A DNA stretch of 64,000 nt from a virus, in the UHGV virus genome UHGV-0306641. One strand, written 5' to 3'. Within the stretch, counting starts at the first letter, position 1; every line of letters starts with the position of its first letter. Below are positions 27,674 to 36,960 of the stretch, one piece after another. Made by a program: the position numbers and the translations under genes. The notes under the pieces were generated by a model that saw nothing but the letters and a program-made list of their open reading frames with translations, had not been told where the DNA came from and ran no database searches.

Positions 27674-28654
27674 ATGGCTCAGTTACAGCAATACTTTCTT
27701 CAGTCGGCAACGCTTAACGATCAGGTCATCCCCCGAGAATGGATAAATTCGGTTCTCTACATTGAGAAAACAGCGCTTACCGGCCCCCTTCTACGCCTGG
27801 AAGTGAGGGATGCCACGGGTTCTATTGTTGACGAATACAAAGCGGCCTACGGCGCTAAGCTGGTGGTCGAAACGGGCGATCCCACCGGCGACCGCAAGAC
27901 GGTAAAAGAAACCTTTTTCGTTACGTCAGCACCAGCACAGGGTGATGTGGTCCAGATAACGGCGATCCTTGACGCTCTGAAGACAATCAAGACGCCCACC
28001 AGCGCGGCAAAACTGTTTTCAAACAGACAGCCAAGAGACATTCTCAAAGACTTTGCAGGTTCTTTAACCGTTGAGGCTGATACGTTTAAAAAGGCAGGTA
28101 CGTATCACCTAAATATGGGGGAAAAGCCGTCGCTGGTGCTCAGCCAAATAGCTGCCGATCATGGTGCTCTGGTGTGGATAGCGCGCGGTAAGTTTTACGT
28201 GAAAGAAATGGCGCGCTTAATCAAGACAAAAGCGGTGATGGTGTATGAGTCCAATAACCCCTCAGCTCAATACACGATCAGCCGTTCCGAGCATATCAAT
28301 CAGGATTTTGCCGCCACACAGGATAGCCAGTATCGCTTTGTGGGTTACTCAGAAACTGATGGGTATGTCGAAACTGGGGACGCCTCCCTGCCCGTTCGAT
28401 ACGTTTCTGATGCAGATATGTCCACGCTGAAGAACATGCAGCAGGTACTGGTACCGAAATTAGACATTGAGGTATCAGGTAACACAGATATCACTGCAGG
28501 CATGGTGATCGGTATCCAGATCCATCGCTACGACCAGAAAAACCAGGTAGATGAATCCCTCCCGAAAAACTTCATTGTCGAGCGAGTGGCGCATTACGAA
28601 GACCGCATATCGTATATCACGCGCATGATATTAGGAGTGCCATATATTGAGTAA
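27674..28654 (+). CDS. virion/baseplate-module protein (326 aa)
   Basis: operon context. Confidence 0.55.
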   Translation: MAQLQQYFLQSATLNDQVIPREWINSVLYIEKTALTGPLLRLEVRDATGSIVDEYKAAYGAKLVVETGDPTGDRKTVKETFFVTSAPAQGDVVQITAILDALKTIKTPTSAAKLFSNRQPRDILKDFAGSLTVEADTFKKAGTYHLNMGEKPSLVLSQIAADHGALVWIARGKFYVKEMARLIKTKAVMVYESNNPSAQYTISRSEHINQDFAATQDSQYRFVGYSETDGYVETGDASLPVRYVSDADMSTLKNMQQVLVPKLDIEVSGNTDITAGMVIGIQIHRYDQKNQVDESLPKNFIVERVAHYEDRISYITRMILGVPYIE

Positions 28655-29303
28655 GAAAAGAGCTGTCATTGTGGGAACCAAACACCCAGGCGGATTAATG
28701 CGCGCGCAAGTAAGGGTGTTGCCGGATTGGGTTGGCGTACCGGATGAATCGTTACCGTGGGCGGAATACATGATGCCCATAGGCAATGCTTTTACACCAA
28801 CTGTTACCGGCGATCTGGTATGGGTAGAGTTTCCATATACCGATGTACGAGGAAAGCCTGATACGCGACGACCATTGATTGTAGGCGCGGCCTCCGATTC
28901 GCCTGGCGGGGTTCCTAACGTTGCGCCTGAAGCGTCCGGGCAAGGTGCCGCGTGGGAGCCGCCGCCGGTTGATGGTGCGCCAGCGCGCCCACAATTCACA
29001 CCAAGTGAAGATTTTGTTGTGCATCGCAATAACGTTTTTGAGGTTCGTACAGCTGGTGGCGGGTATGAGATAGCCAATACCGCAGCTGGTACGCGCATAG
29101 GCATGAATGAGGCCGGTAAAGCCTACATTATCGGGCCTGGTGATATGGTCTTTGATGCTGGTGGAGACTTCATTGTAAAAGCTGGTGGAAAGATCAGCAT
29201 GGAATCTAAGGATAAAACAGAAATTAAGTCAGGCGCAGCAATGGACCTTACTGCATCTGGCAAGCTGAGCGGCAAAGCTTCTCAAGTTGATTTTTCAAAA
29301 TAA
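28647..29303 (+). CDS. baseplate spike/hub gpV-like protein candidate
   Basis: GDLVWVEFPYTDVRGKPDTRRPLIVGAASDSPGG resembles OB-fold region of P2 gpV/VgrG spikes. Confidence 0.45.
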   Translation: MSKKRAVIVGTKHPGGLMRAQVRVLPDWVGVPDESLPWAEYMMPIGNAFTPTVTGDLVWVEFPYTDVRGKPDTRRPLIVGAASDSPGGVPNVAPEASGQGAAWEPPPVDGAPARPQFTPSEDFVVHRNNVFEVRTAGGGYEIANTAAGTRIGMNEAGKAYIIGPGDMVFDAGGDFIVKAGGKISMESKDKTEIKSGAAMDLTASGKLSGKASQVDFSK

Positions 29304-29369
29304 ATAACATTAATTCTAAGGAACAATGTGATTTAATCTACCTGTCTTTATCAGGTAGGTAATCACAGG

Positions 29370-30278
29370 ATGAAATCTCCTTTCTTAAAAAACGTCTGTA
29401 TCTATCGCCTTTCGCGTGATTTTTCCCTGTCACGCGAGGCGTTTCACGAGCAATTAGCCCAGTTCGCTTTCACGCCTTGTGCAGCTCAGGATATGGCTAC
29501 GTCTGGTTGGGTAAACGTTACCCCGGAGACAATGGTTATTGAGCATGAAGGCTCTTACCTGATCTGCTATTGCAATGAAAGCAAGATACTCCCCACGCAT
29601 GTAGTCAACGAGGAAGTGGCGAAGCGTGTAAGCAAGGTAGAAACCACTCAAGGCCGTAAAGTTCGCCGCGCCGAACGTCTGGCCCTCAAAGATGAAGCAC
29701 TGATGGCTCTCATTCCGCGCGCATTCACCAAGCCTTCTATGCATTACGTCTGGATAGACCTGAACCTACAACGTGTGATCGTCGAAGCCGGTAGCGCCAG
29801 AACTGCAGAAAACATACTGGCCCTGTTACGTAAAACCATCGGTTCTCTGCCCGTTGTGCCGTTGATGATGGAAAACCCCATTGAGCTGACGATGACCGAT
29901 TGGCTCAAATCAAATCAGATGCCCGCAGGTTTCACTATCGGCTCTGATGCCGTGTTTAAAGCCATTCTGGAGGATGGCGGCGCACTCCGTGTCAGCAAGC
30001 AAGATCTGTTTAGCGATGAGATATCCACGCACCTGGAAGCCGGTAAGCTGGCGACCGCTGCAGGGCTGCACTGGCAGGACCGTATGTCGTTTCGACTGAT
30101 GGACGATATGACGATTAAAGCCATTAACTTCGCCGACGAGCTACGCGACCAAAATGACGATATCGATCGTGAAGACGCTCATTCCCGGCTGGTGGCTGAT
30201 TTCATACTTTTCTCAGGCGAGTTCAACGCCATGATGAGCGCTCTCACCGTTGCGCTGGGTGGCGTCTGTGAACGCTAA
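29370..30278 (+). CDS. rdgC: RdgC-family recombination-associated protein (P1 hrdC equivalent)
   Basis: near full-length colinearity with E. coli RdgC (LGSLPVVPLMMENPIELT, DELRDQNDDIDRED). Confidence 0.9.
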   Translation: MKSPFLKNVCIYRLSRDFSLSREAFHEQLAQFAFTPCAAQDMATSGWVNVTPETMVIEHEGSYLICYCNESKILPTHVVNEEVAKRVSKVETTQGRKVRRAERLALKDEALMALIPRAFTKPSMHYVWIDLNLQRVIVEAGSARTAENILALLRKTIGSLPVVPLMMENPIELTMTDWLKSNQMPAGFTIGSDAVFKAILEDGGALRVSKQDLFSDEISTHLEAGKLATAAGLHWQDRMSFRLMDDMTIKAINFADELRDQNDDIDREDAHSRLVADFILFSGEFNAMMSALTVALGGVCER

Positions 30279-32601
30279 CCACGTAATACGCCACCAGCTG
30301 ACCTATGGCTCAGTGTGTAGCGGCGTAGAGGCGGCAAGTCTGGCATGGGAACCGCTGGGCTTACGTCCTCTCTGGTTCGCTGAGATTGAAGAATTCCCTT
30401 CTATGGTACTGGCTGAGCGCTGGCCCCATGTCCCGAACCTGGGCGATATGACAACTATCGCCGATCGTATCCGCGCGGGTGAAGTTCCCGCTCCTGATGT
30501 GCTGGTGGGCGGTACCCCCTGCCAGGACTTTTCTCTTGCTGGCTTACGCGCTGGGATGAAGGGAAAGCGCGGTCAATTAACCCTCGCATTTGTTGAGTTA
30601 GCTAATGTCATTGACGATAAACGCGCCGAAGAAGGCAAGCCGCCTGTCATCATCGTCTGGGAAAACGTCCCTGGCGTCTACAGCGATAACAACAACGCTT
30701 TCGGAAACTTCCTCGCTGCACTGGCTGGAGAATTTGAAGCGTTTGAACCTGGCCCAAGACCTGCCCACGGAAAAACCTCTGACTACTGGGGCTGGAACAA
30801 AAAAACCAGCATACAGTTTCCAAAGTGGTCAAAGCACGGTTGTGTTATTGGAAGAAGTCGCCGCCTGGGATGGACAACCAAAGACGCTCAATATTTCGGA
30901 GTGGCACAACGACGCCGCCGTTGTTTCCTTGTGGCAAGTGCTCGAACGGACTTCGATCCCACGTCGGTATTTCTTGAGTCCGGCAGCGTGTGCAGGGATT
31001 CTGCACCGAGCCGCGAAGCGTGGTCGGTCGCTTCCTCCCTTACTCGAAATGGGGTTGGTGTCCGTGGCGCAGACGACAACCAAGCCCAAGCCCAGCACCT
31101 GATATGTATGGCGCATGGGCAAGCTGGCGCAGAAATCAACGATAACCTGTCACCTACCCTGACGTGTAACCATGAGCAGCCGATCATCTTCAGTGAGCAG
31201 TCTGTGAAGACATTCCGCATGGAGGCATTAGGCCAGTATTCAGAGTGCGACTTCGCCTCAACGATTAAAGCCCGCGACTTCAAAGAAGCGACTGATCTCG
31301 TGTTGAGCTTTCCGGCACAAATGACTAGCACACAATACGCCAGCGCAGATCCAGACGTCAGTCAGACTATTCAGGCACTAAACCCGACCGCCGTTTGCTA
31401 TCCCACCAGCGATAAGACAATCAGAATCGTGGTGCGTCGCATTACCCCCGTAGAAGCCGAGCGCTTACAGGGAATGCCTGACAATCACACCCTGATCCCC
31501 GTTCACAAGATGAAACGCCTTGTTGATGATGAAATCGCCTATCTGAAACACCATTGCCCGGACATTACGGACGATATGATTTTCAAGATGGCGAAGGATG
31601 GCCCGCGCCATAAAGCCATCGGCAACAGCATGGCGGTTCCAGTTATGCGCTGGCTGATGACGCGCATTCTTACTGAATTGCCGGTTAATGCACCACAGCA
31701 ATCCCCCTCTCCTGCAGCTAAAACCGTTGAAAAAATGACAAAGAAAAAACGCAAAACCTCTAAGGCGGTGAATACGTCGTCTTTTGTACGCCCGTTCCTC
31801 AAATGGCCCGGAGGGAAATATGCCCAGCTGGACCAGATCATACCGTTTATTGGAACGGGTAAGCGCCTCATTGAGCCGTTCGTCGGCGCTGGTTCGGTAT
31901 TCCTCAATGCTCAAGGATTTGAGCGGTACATTGGCGGGGATACCAGTGCAGACCTTATTGGCCTTTACCATGCACTGCAGCAAACCCCCGGCGCGCTGGT
32001 GGATAAAGCCAGGGCAATGTTTGATGGGTATAACTCCGAAAAGGGTTACTTCGACATTCGCGAGAAGTTCAATCGTATTCACTACACACCACTGGAGCGC
32101 GCTGCGGCGCTTCTTTACCTCAACCGCCATTCCTACAATGGCCTGATGCGTTACAACCTAAAGGGCGGGTTCAACTCATCCTACGGCAAGTATAAAGCCC
32201 CCTATTTCCCTGCAGATGAAATGGAGGCCTTTAGCAAGCTCTCCCCTTCATGCGAATTTCACTGCCAGTCCTTCGTTGACACTATTCGCCAGGCCGGTGA
32301 AGGCGATGTGCTGTTTTGCGATCCGCCTTATATGCCGTTACCGGGTAAGGAAGGTTTCACGACATACACCGGCACTACGTTCACAGACGAACACCAATGG
32401 CAGTTGCTCAATGAAATGGTTGCGGCCCACCAGCGAGGCGCGCGCGTAGTCGCTACGAACTCCAGCAACGAAAAACTGGTTGAGGCATACCGCAAAGCTG
32501 GCTTTAACGTGCGCGACCTGTTTGCGCGCCGCTCTATGTCTTGCAAAGGCGACTCTCGTGAAATCGCTATTGATATCGTGGCGACACTCGGCATTTCTTA
32601 A
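30250..32601 (+). CDS. dmt: bifunctional DNA methyltransferase: N-terminal C5-cytosine MTase + C-terminal Dam-like N6-adenine MTase (start uncertain 30250-30268)
   Basis: C5 motifs SVCSGVEA, GGTPCQDFSLAG; Dam motifs KWPGGK, DPPY; same fusion as P1 Dmt, follows hrdC as in P1. Confidence 0.85.
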   Translation: MRWVASVNANHVIRHQLTYGSVCSGVEAASLAWEPLGLRPLWFAEIEEFPSMVLAERWPHVPNLGDMTTIADRIRAGEVPAPDVLVGGTPCQDFSLAGLRAGMKGKRGQLTLAFVELANVIDDKRAEEGKPPVIIVWENVPGVYSDNNNAFGNFLAALAGEFEAFEPGPRPAHGKTSDYWGWNKKTSIQFPKWSKHGCVIGRSRRLGWTTKDAQYFGVAQRRRRCFLVASARTDFDPTSVFLESGSVCRDSAPSREAWSVASSLTRNGVGVRGADDNQAQAQHLICMAHGQAGAEINDNLSPTLTCNHEQPIIFSEQSVKTFRMEALGQYSECDFASTIKARDFKEATDLVLSFPAQMTSTQYASADPDVSQTIQALNPTAVCYPTSDKTIRIVVRRITPVEAERLQGMPDNHTLIPVHKMKRLVDDEIAYLKHHCPDITDDMIFKMAKDGPRHKAIGNSMAVPVMRWLMTRILTELPVNAPQQSPSPAAKTVEKMTKKKRKTSKAVNTSSFVRPFLKWPGGKYAQLDQIIPFIGTGKRLIEPFVGAGSVFLNAQGFERYIGGDTSADLIGLYHALQQTPGALVDKARAMFDGYNSEKGYFDIREKFNRIHYTPLERAAALLYLNRHSYNGLMRYNLKGGFNSSYGKYKAPYFPADEMEAFSKLSPSCEFHCQSFVDTIRQAGEGDVLFCDPPYMPLPGKEGFTTYTGTTFTDEHQWQLLNEMVAAHQRGARVVATNSSNEKLVEAYRKAGFNVRDLFARRSMSCKGDSREIAIDIVATLGIS

Positions 32602-32642
32602 AAGCATCTAATTTTCAACAAACTGTAGTTAAGGACTTTGAA

Positions 32643-33056
32643 ATGGATAAACAAGCTTTCGCAAGCAACTTAATCGTCAACGCAACGCCTATGACACGGC
32701 AGGCATACAATGACTTGCGTGGATGGAAACTCCCTGAAAATGGTGAGGATGAAGGCTATTTAGTGGAACAAATAGATTTTGGCCCTGTAGATAGTCATCT
32801 TACGTGGGTGCCCAAAGATGCGTTTGAACGTCATCATTTGCCAATGGGTGTTAATGCTGAGAATACGTTACCGTGGAAACTGCGAGTGCTGGCAGAAAAA
32901 ACGCAGCTGGAGCAACGATTAGCGGGACTGACAAAGTATCGCGAATCTGAACATTTCAGTTCTCTATCGTTCGCTCAACGATTATTGCTCATTGAGCAAC
33001 ACAGGTTGATGACTGAATATTCGAACGTGCTGCAAGTTCGACTTGATTCAAATTAA
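32643..33056 (+). CDS. hypothetical protein (137 aa)
   Basis: AAGGA RBS. Confidence 0.55.
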   Translation: MDKQAFASNLIVNATPMTRQAYNDLRGWKLPENGEDEGYLVEQIDFGPVDSHLTWVPKDAFERHHLPMGVNAENTLPWKLRVLAEKTQLEQRLAGLTKYRESEHFSSLSFAQRLLLIEQHRLMTEYSNVLQVRLDSN

Positions 33057-33746
33057 GTGTTTGTCATGACGCACGACGAACTAAACCAAATAGCCAAGCG
33101 TTGGCTGCTCAGGGCTGAAAGTGCAAAGGGACCGGGTTGTAAGGTCGCTTTCGTGGAAGTTGGAGCTGTAGGCGATACAGAGCGCGCTGACGCATGGGGT
33201 TATCGCTGGGGATGGCGCGGTGGTAGCGTGCTGGTGGAGGTTAAAGTATCCCGTTCTGACTTTTTACGGGATAAGCATAAGCCACACAGGAAAAGCGGTG
33301 GCATGGGAGATTACCGCTATTACATGTGTCCTGAAGGGATAATCAACATTAGTGACTTGCCGGACCGCTGGGGGCTTTTATGGGTTAACAAGCGGGGACA
33401 CGTCAAACTGATGGCTGGTCATATCTGCTGTCTCGTGGGTAACAGTTGGGGTGGAAACCGTGATCTCGCCTTCTTCTGGCAGCACGAGACGGATATGGAA
33501 GTTGAGCGCGGTCTTCTGGCCTACATGGTGTCCCGCGTGGGTGATCCTGATGCACTTCTGCAGGAGCAGCGAGGTTATTTGCGGCTTAATCAGAAACAGG
33601 CATCCCACATCATTGAATTGGAGAAAGGAGAGCGTCGTTATAGAAACGAGATTGCCAGGCTACGGCATACGCTGGAAAGAAACGGTTGGGAAGACCCTAG
33701 GACAAATACTACCGCAATCCCCCGTAAACTTGATCCCATACTCTGA
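33057..33746 (+). CDS. putative PD-(D/E)xK-like nuclease (GTG start)
   Basis: DAWGY...VLVEVKVSRSDF arrangement resembles D-(D/E)xK core; hypothesis only. Confidence 0.45.
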   Translation: MFVMTHDELNQIAKRWLLRAESAKGPGCKVAFVEVGAVGDTERADAWGYRWGWRGGSVLVEVKVSRSDFLRDKHKPHRKSGGMGDYRYYMCPEGIINISDLPDRWGLLWVNKRGHVKLMAGHICCLVGNSWGGNRDLAFFWQHETDMEVERGLLAYMVSRVGDPDALLQEQRGYLRLNQKQASHIIELEKGERRYRNEIARLRHTLERNGWEDPRTNTTAIPRKLDPIL

Positions 33747-33749
33747 AAA

Positions 33750-33777
33750 AGCAAAAAGGCCGCGTTAGTAACGGCCT
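33750..33777 (-). terminator. Rho-independent terminator for minus-strand par operon
   Basis: AGGCCG...CGGCCT stem; U-run on minus strand. Confidence 0.55.
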
Positions 33778-33817
33778 CTTTCACACAACATGCACATACA
33801 TTGGCAATGCTACGTAA

Positions 33818-34096
33818 TTACATTTTTGGAAACTCAAGCAACCAGTGATTTCTCTCGTTCTCAGGCATTTTCGAGTAAGCACACAATGCCGCTTTCAAAA
33901 CATCCGTATTTCCAAATCCTGTACGCAGAGCTTCTGCTTCCATAATATCAATGAACACCGGATTCAGGCGATACGTGCGCTGCACCGTTTTAGTGGTGTT
34001 GGGGCGCTTGTCACCTTCATTGATAAATCTGGAGACTTCGTAGTTTGAAGGTGCTTCCGTTGATTTTAAATCAACGCTTGGTGGTTTTAGCTTCAT
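33818..34096 (-). CDS. small partition protein partner candidate (ParG-like), downstream of parA
   Basis: 92-aa gene 3' of small Walker ParA in same operon. Confidence 0.45.
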   Translation of the reverse strand: MKLKPPSVDLKSTEAPSNYEVSRFINEGDKRPNTTKTVQRTYRLNPVFIDIMEAEALRTGFGNTDVLKAALCAYSKMPENERNHWLLEFPKM

Positions 34097-34186
34097 GAGT
34101 ACCTACCGTATATTCACTATGTACATACAACGCAATTACATTAAGGTAAATACATTGTATTGTCCATTTGTATTTACATCGTATTA
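34097..34186. repeat. AT-rich repeat cluster with TGTATTTACA / GTAAATACA / ATGTACATACAA motifs (centromere-like) between parA and its partner
   Basis: GTAAATACA 34147, TGTATTTAC 34170, ATGTACATACAACG 34119. Confidence 0.5.
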
Positions 34187-34849
34187 CTAGAGAATGCCAA
34201 TTTCTTGAGCCACCAGCTCGATTTGTGCCTTTGCTTTTCCAAGGCTATTACCGCGCGCTACATCATGAACACCGGCCCCTTCATTACATGCGCTTTCAAA
34301 AATATCGAGAGCCGCGAGGCGGTTTTTTAACGGTTGAATCCATACAGGATCTGAACGCAGGTACTTATCCAGCTCGATGGCATCTTTAACTTTGCTTGGC
34401 TTATTGGTTTCTATCCTGGTAAGAAGAACCCACGGGGATAATTTAGGGTTGGCGTTTTGAGCTTTACGCACTTTCTCGGTTACAGCTGTAAGCGTATTAC
34501 GTTCAAATTTAGATGATGGCTTAACCAGAGTGATAAGGATATCCGCAACGGTTAACGCACTACGGAACTCCTTGCTATCGTGACCGGCACAGTCAACAAG
34601 GACGTATTCAAACATAGCCGTCAGCTTTACGATCTCTTTACTGATCTCGCCATACGCCTCATAAACAGGAACAACGGGTAAGCCATTGCTTCTGCGGTCC
34701 TCTCCCCAGTTGACCATGTCCTGGTTTTTATCGGACTTCAGAATGCAGCACGTCTTTCCCTTGTTAACGAGCATTGACGCCGTATTAGCTGCAGTAGTGG
34801 ACTTCCCCACGCCGCCTTTATCCGACACATAAACAATCGACTTACCCAT
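34187..34849 (-). CDS. parA: small Walker-type partition ATPase ParA/ParF family
   Basis: deviant Walker A KGGVGKST; 220 aa. Confidence 0.85.
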   Translation of the reverse strand: MGKSIVYVSDKGGVGKSTTAANTASMLVNKGKTCCILKSDKNQDMVNWGEDRRSNGLPVVPVYEAYGEISKEIVKLTAMFEYVLVDCAGHDSKEFRSALTVADILITLVKPSSKFERNTLTAVTEKVRKAQNANPKLSPWVLLTRIETNKPSKVKDAIELDKYLRSDPVWIQPLKNRLAALDIFESACNEGAGVHDVARGNSLGKAKAQIELVAQEIGIL

Positions 34850-35060
34850 ATATCATCCCCATAGCGCACATAGTATTATCAATGTAATTACACTGTACAT
34901 GCGTGTAATGTTTGGCATATCCGCATGAAGTGTAATGCGTAACCAGCTCATGTCAATACTTTGTATTTACATTACTGACACCACAATGTAAATACATAGG
35001 CAATACACAACAGTAAATACACCAGACATACAACGCATTTACAACCAATCTAAGACGTAA
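34850..35060. repeat. second AT-rich repeat cluster of same family upstream of parA (candidate parS/operator)
   Basis: TTGTATTTACATTAC, AATGTAAATACATAGG, CAGTAAATACACC, CAATGTAATTACACTGTACATGCGTGTAATG. Confidence 0.5.
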
Positions 35061-35064
35061 AACC

Positions 35065-35091
35065 AAATCACAGACTCCCTATCCTCACCCC
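35065..35091 (+). promoter_or_regulatory. class I late-promoter-like element AAATCACAGACT-N3-TATCCT-aCCCC
   Basis: same 26-nt pattern at 57445 and 59575, invariant 9-bp spacing CAGACT to TATCCT; 31 nt upstream of ATG. Confidence 0.5.
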
Positions 35092-35115
35092 TGCGTAACC
35101 AACACAGGAGGCGTT

Positions 35116-35400
35116 ATGAGCGCAGCAGGAACTATTGATTCTGTTTGTTCTGGTCATGGTGGATTTCCAGCCCGGAAAACTGCAGAAGCAGAGCCATTCC
35201 TAACCATCAACGGAAAGCCGGTGCTGGTGGATGGAAACCTCTTCCCCGACCACTCAGACGGCAATTCCACTCACAGCGGCGTAGCGGTATCTACACGCCC
35301 ATGGTTCACCATAAACGGGAAACCTATCGCATGCGTTTCCGACCCCGTGTCGTGTGGCTCAGTGGTAGCAACCGGCGATGATTTCTTTCAGGTGGCATGA
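35116..35400 (+). CDS. PAAR-like spike-tip protein candidate
   Basis: repeated TINGKP(V/I) and HG/Cys-rich pattern reminiscent of PAAR-repeat proteins; AGGAGG RBS. Confidence 0.4.
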   Translation: MSAAGTIDSVCSGHGGFPARKTAEAEPFLTINGKPVLVDGNLFPDHSDGNSTHSGVAVSTRPWFTINGKPIACVSDPVSCGSVVATGDDFFQVA

Positions 35401-36179
35401 TGTTAGATAACGATAAACAAATTGATGCTTTCGGCATCCTGACGGCACAAGGCTCAGCAACCCCAGCGCCCATTATTAGTTACCGCAAAGCGACAGGCCT
35501 GTCTGACAGCCTAAAGAGTGCAGTTACCGCTCTTTACCTGGCTGACGTCACCTACCCTCCATCAATATCCGGGTACACGGATATGCTACCCAAATACATC
35601 AATACACTGGCTGCAGCAGCTGCGGAGGCCAGCCGGTTTATTGCAGCGATTCAGGGGTACACCACTCCATCGGATCTTCTGCAGATGAAAATCGGCTGGG
35701 AATGCCATGCAAAAGGCAACCGCTTAACGCCGGTACCGCCATTTGCGCTGGTGGAAGGGTTATGTGACACCGCCACCAGTGAAAGCATGAACGACGCACT
35801 GAATCATATTGAGCTAACGGCACTGTCCGATGCGATGACCATCATTAACGAAAAAATGCTTGCCGCCGCCGTTCCGCCCGGAGGCGAAGGAGAAGCAACT
35901 CCCCCGCCGGTACCGCCCAGCTTTACACCAGCTGAAATTGAAGCGCTGAAAGTTGCAACTGAAACGCTTTCCCCGCTGTTTTCGGTACTTGATGCCACCA
36001 GCACAGTAACCAGCGATTACACAGACCGGGTAAATAACTCTACGGCTGTAGCCACAAAATCACTGGCTAATGCCGTAGCCATAACACTGACGGTAGGGCT
36101 AACCGCCGATCCTGTTATGTCACAAGCCATAGCGTCAATCATGCCCCCCGGCGTTATAGACGCACTCAAAGAGGAATGA
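35397..36179 (+). CDS. hypothetical protein (260 aa)
   Basis: ATGA-coupled. Confidence 0.6.
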   Translation: MMLDNDKQIDAFGILTAQGSATPAPIISYRKATGLSDSLKSAVTALYLADVTYPPSISGYTDMLPKYINTLAAAAAEASRFIAAIQGYTTPSDLLQMKIGWECHAKGNRLTPVPPFALVEGLCDTATSESMNDALNHIELTALSDAMTIINEKMLAAAVPPGGEGEATPPPVPPSFTPAEIEALKVATETLSPLFSVLDATSTVTSDYTDRVNNSTAVATKSLANAVAITLTVGLTADPVMSQAIASIMPPGVIDALKEE

Positions 36180-36181
36180 AC

Positions 36182-36688
36182 ATGTTAAGTGCCTGGCGAA
36201 CGCCGGTTATAGCAGTCACGCTGGCCCTATTCAGTTACGTATTGATTAAGGGATATAACGCCTATTCAGATCACGTTAAGTACGTAAAAGGTCTGGAAAC
36301 CGACAACAAAACGCTGCAGGAAGACAACGACAACCTTGATGCCCAAAAACGCGGCCTGAGTGTCGCTCTCCAGCAACAGCAATCGCAAAACGAAGAGTTG
36401 CGGCTTGAACTGCAAAGGCGCGCCGACCTTCAGGCTGAAAGCGATAAGAAAGAGAGTGATCTGGAAGAACAGCTAAGCAAACAGAAACAGGAAACAGCAG
36501 ATGCAATTTCAAACCTTACTAAGCAGCTCCAGAAGGCGGGTCTTCGCAATTTGCGTCTTCCTGACAGTGTTATCAGGATGCAACGGGAACGCGCCGAGGA
36601 AGTCAACCGCAGAGCCAATAGTCGTTACAAAGGTAGTGAGCCTACCAAAGCAGGAAGCCAAAACGTACCTACCGTGCCTGATTCCTGA
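36182..36688 (+). CDS. i-spanin (Rz-like): N-terminal TM helix + periplasmic coiled coil
   Basis: TM VIAVTLALFSYVLI then heptad-rich region; contains embedded out-of-frame lipoprotein gene. Confidence 0.6.
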   Translation: MLSAWRTPVIAVTLALFSYVLIKGYNAYSDHVKYVKGLETDNKTLQEDNDNLDAQKRGLSVALQQQQSQNEELRLELQRRADLQAESDKKESDLEEQLSKQKQETADAISNLTKQLQKAGLRNLRLPDSVIRMQRERAEEVNRRANSRYKGSEPTKAGSQNVPTVPDS

Positions 36689-36803
36689 AGATACTCCCGA
36701 ATACCTGGAACTATACCCGGTGTATACGAGAGTGCTTTTTGATGCAATTGAGGAATGCAATTCGCGTAACGCAATCCGGTCCGATTACAACATGAAGCTA
36801 TGA
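36501..36803 (+). CDS. o-spanin (Rz1-like) lipoprotein, overlapped architecture
   Basis: signal peptide with lipobox LSGC; +1 frame overlapping 3' end of i-spanin and extending past it. Confidence 0.6.
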   Translation: MQFQTLLSSSRRRVFAICVFLTVLSGCNGNAPRKSTAEPIVVTKVVSLPKQEAKTYLPCLIPEDTPEYLELYPVYTRVLFDAIEECNSRNAIRSDYNMKL

Positions 36804-36826
36804 TGGTGTGATGATGGGTATTGGAA

Positions 36827-36851
36827 AGGCTGCGTTTGCGGCCTTTTTTTC
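36827..36851 (+). terminator. Rho-independent terminator
   Basis: AGGCTGC-gttt-GCGGCCT stem then T7. Confidence 0.65.
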
Positions 36852-36900
36852 TACCCGAGGTTTAACAAACATACAGCTAACCTTAGTGCTACACCATGAG

Positions 36901-36958
36901 ATCAACGCTGGCGGGTAATATCAACGCTAGCGGGTAAAAACCATCAACGCTGGCGGGT
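36901..36958. repeat. three RepA iterons (incA-like) immediately 3' of repA
   Basis: ATCAACGCT(G/A)GCGGGT x3 (reverse complement of the upstream iterons). Confidence 0.75.
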
Positions 36959-36960
36959 GC

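Noticed and set aside
33818-34096. Calling the 92-aa ParA partner a definite ParG ribbon-helix-helix protein
   Set aside because: Only operon position and size support the call. No RHH signature is visible, so it is kept as a candidate.
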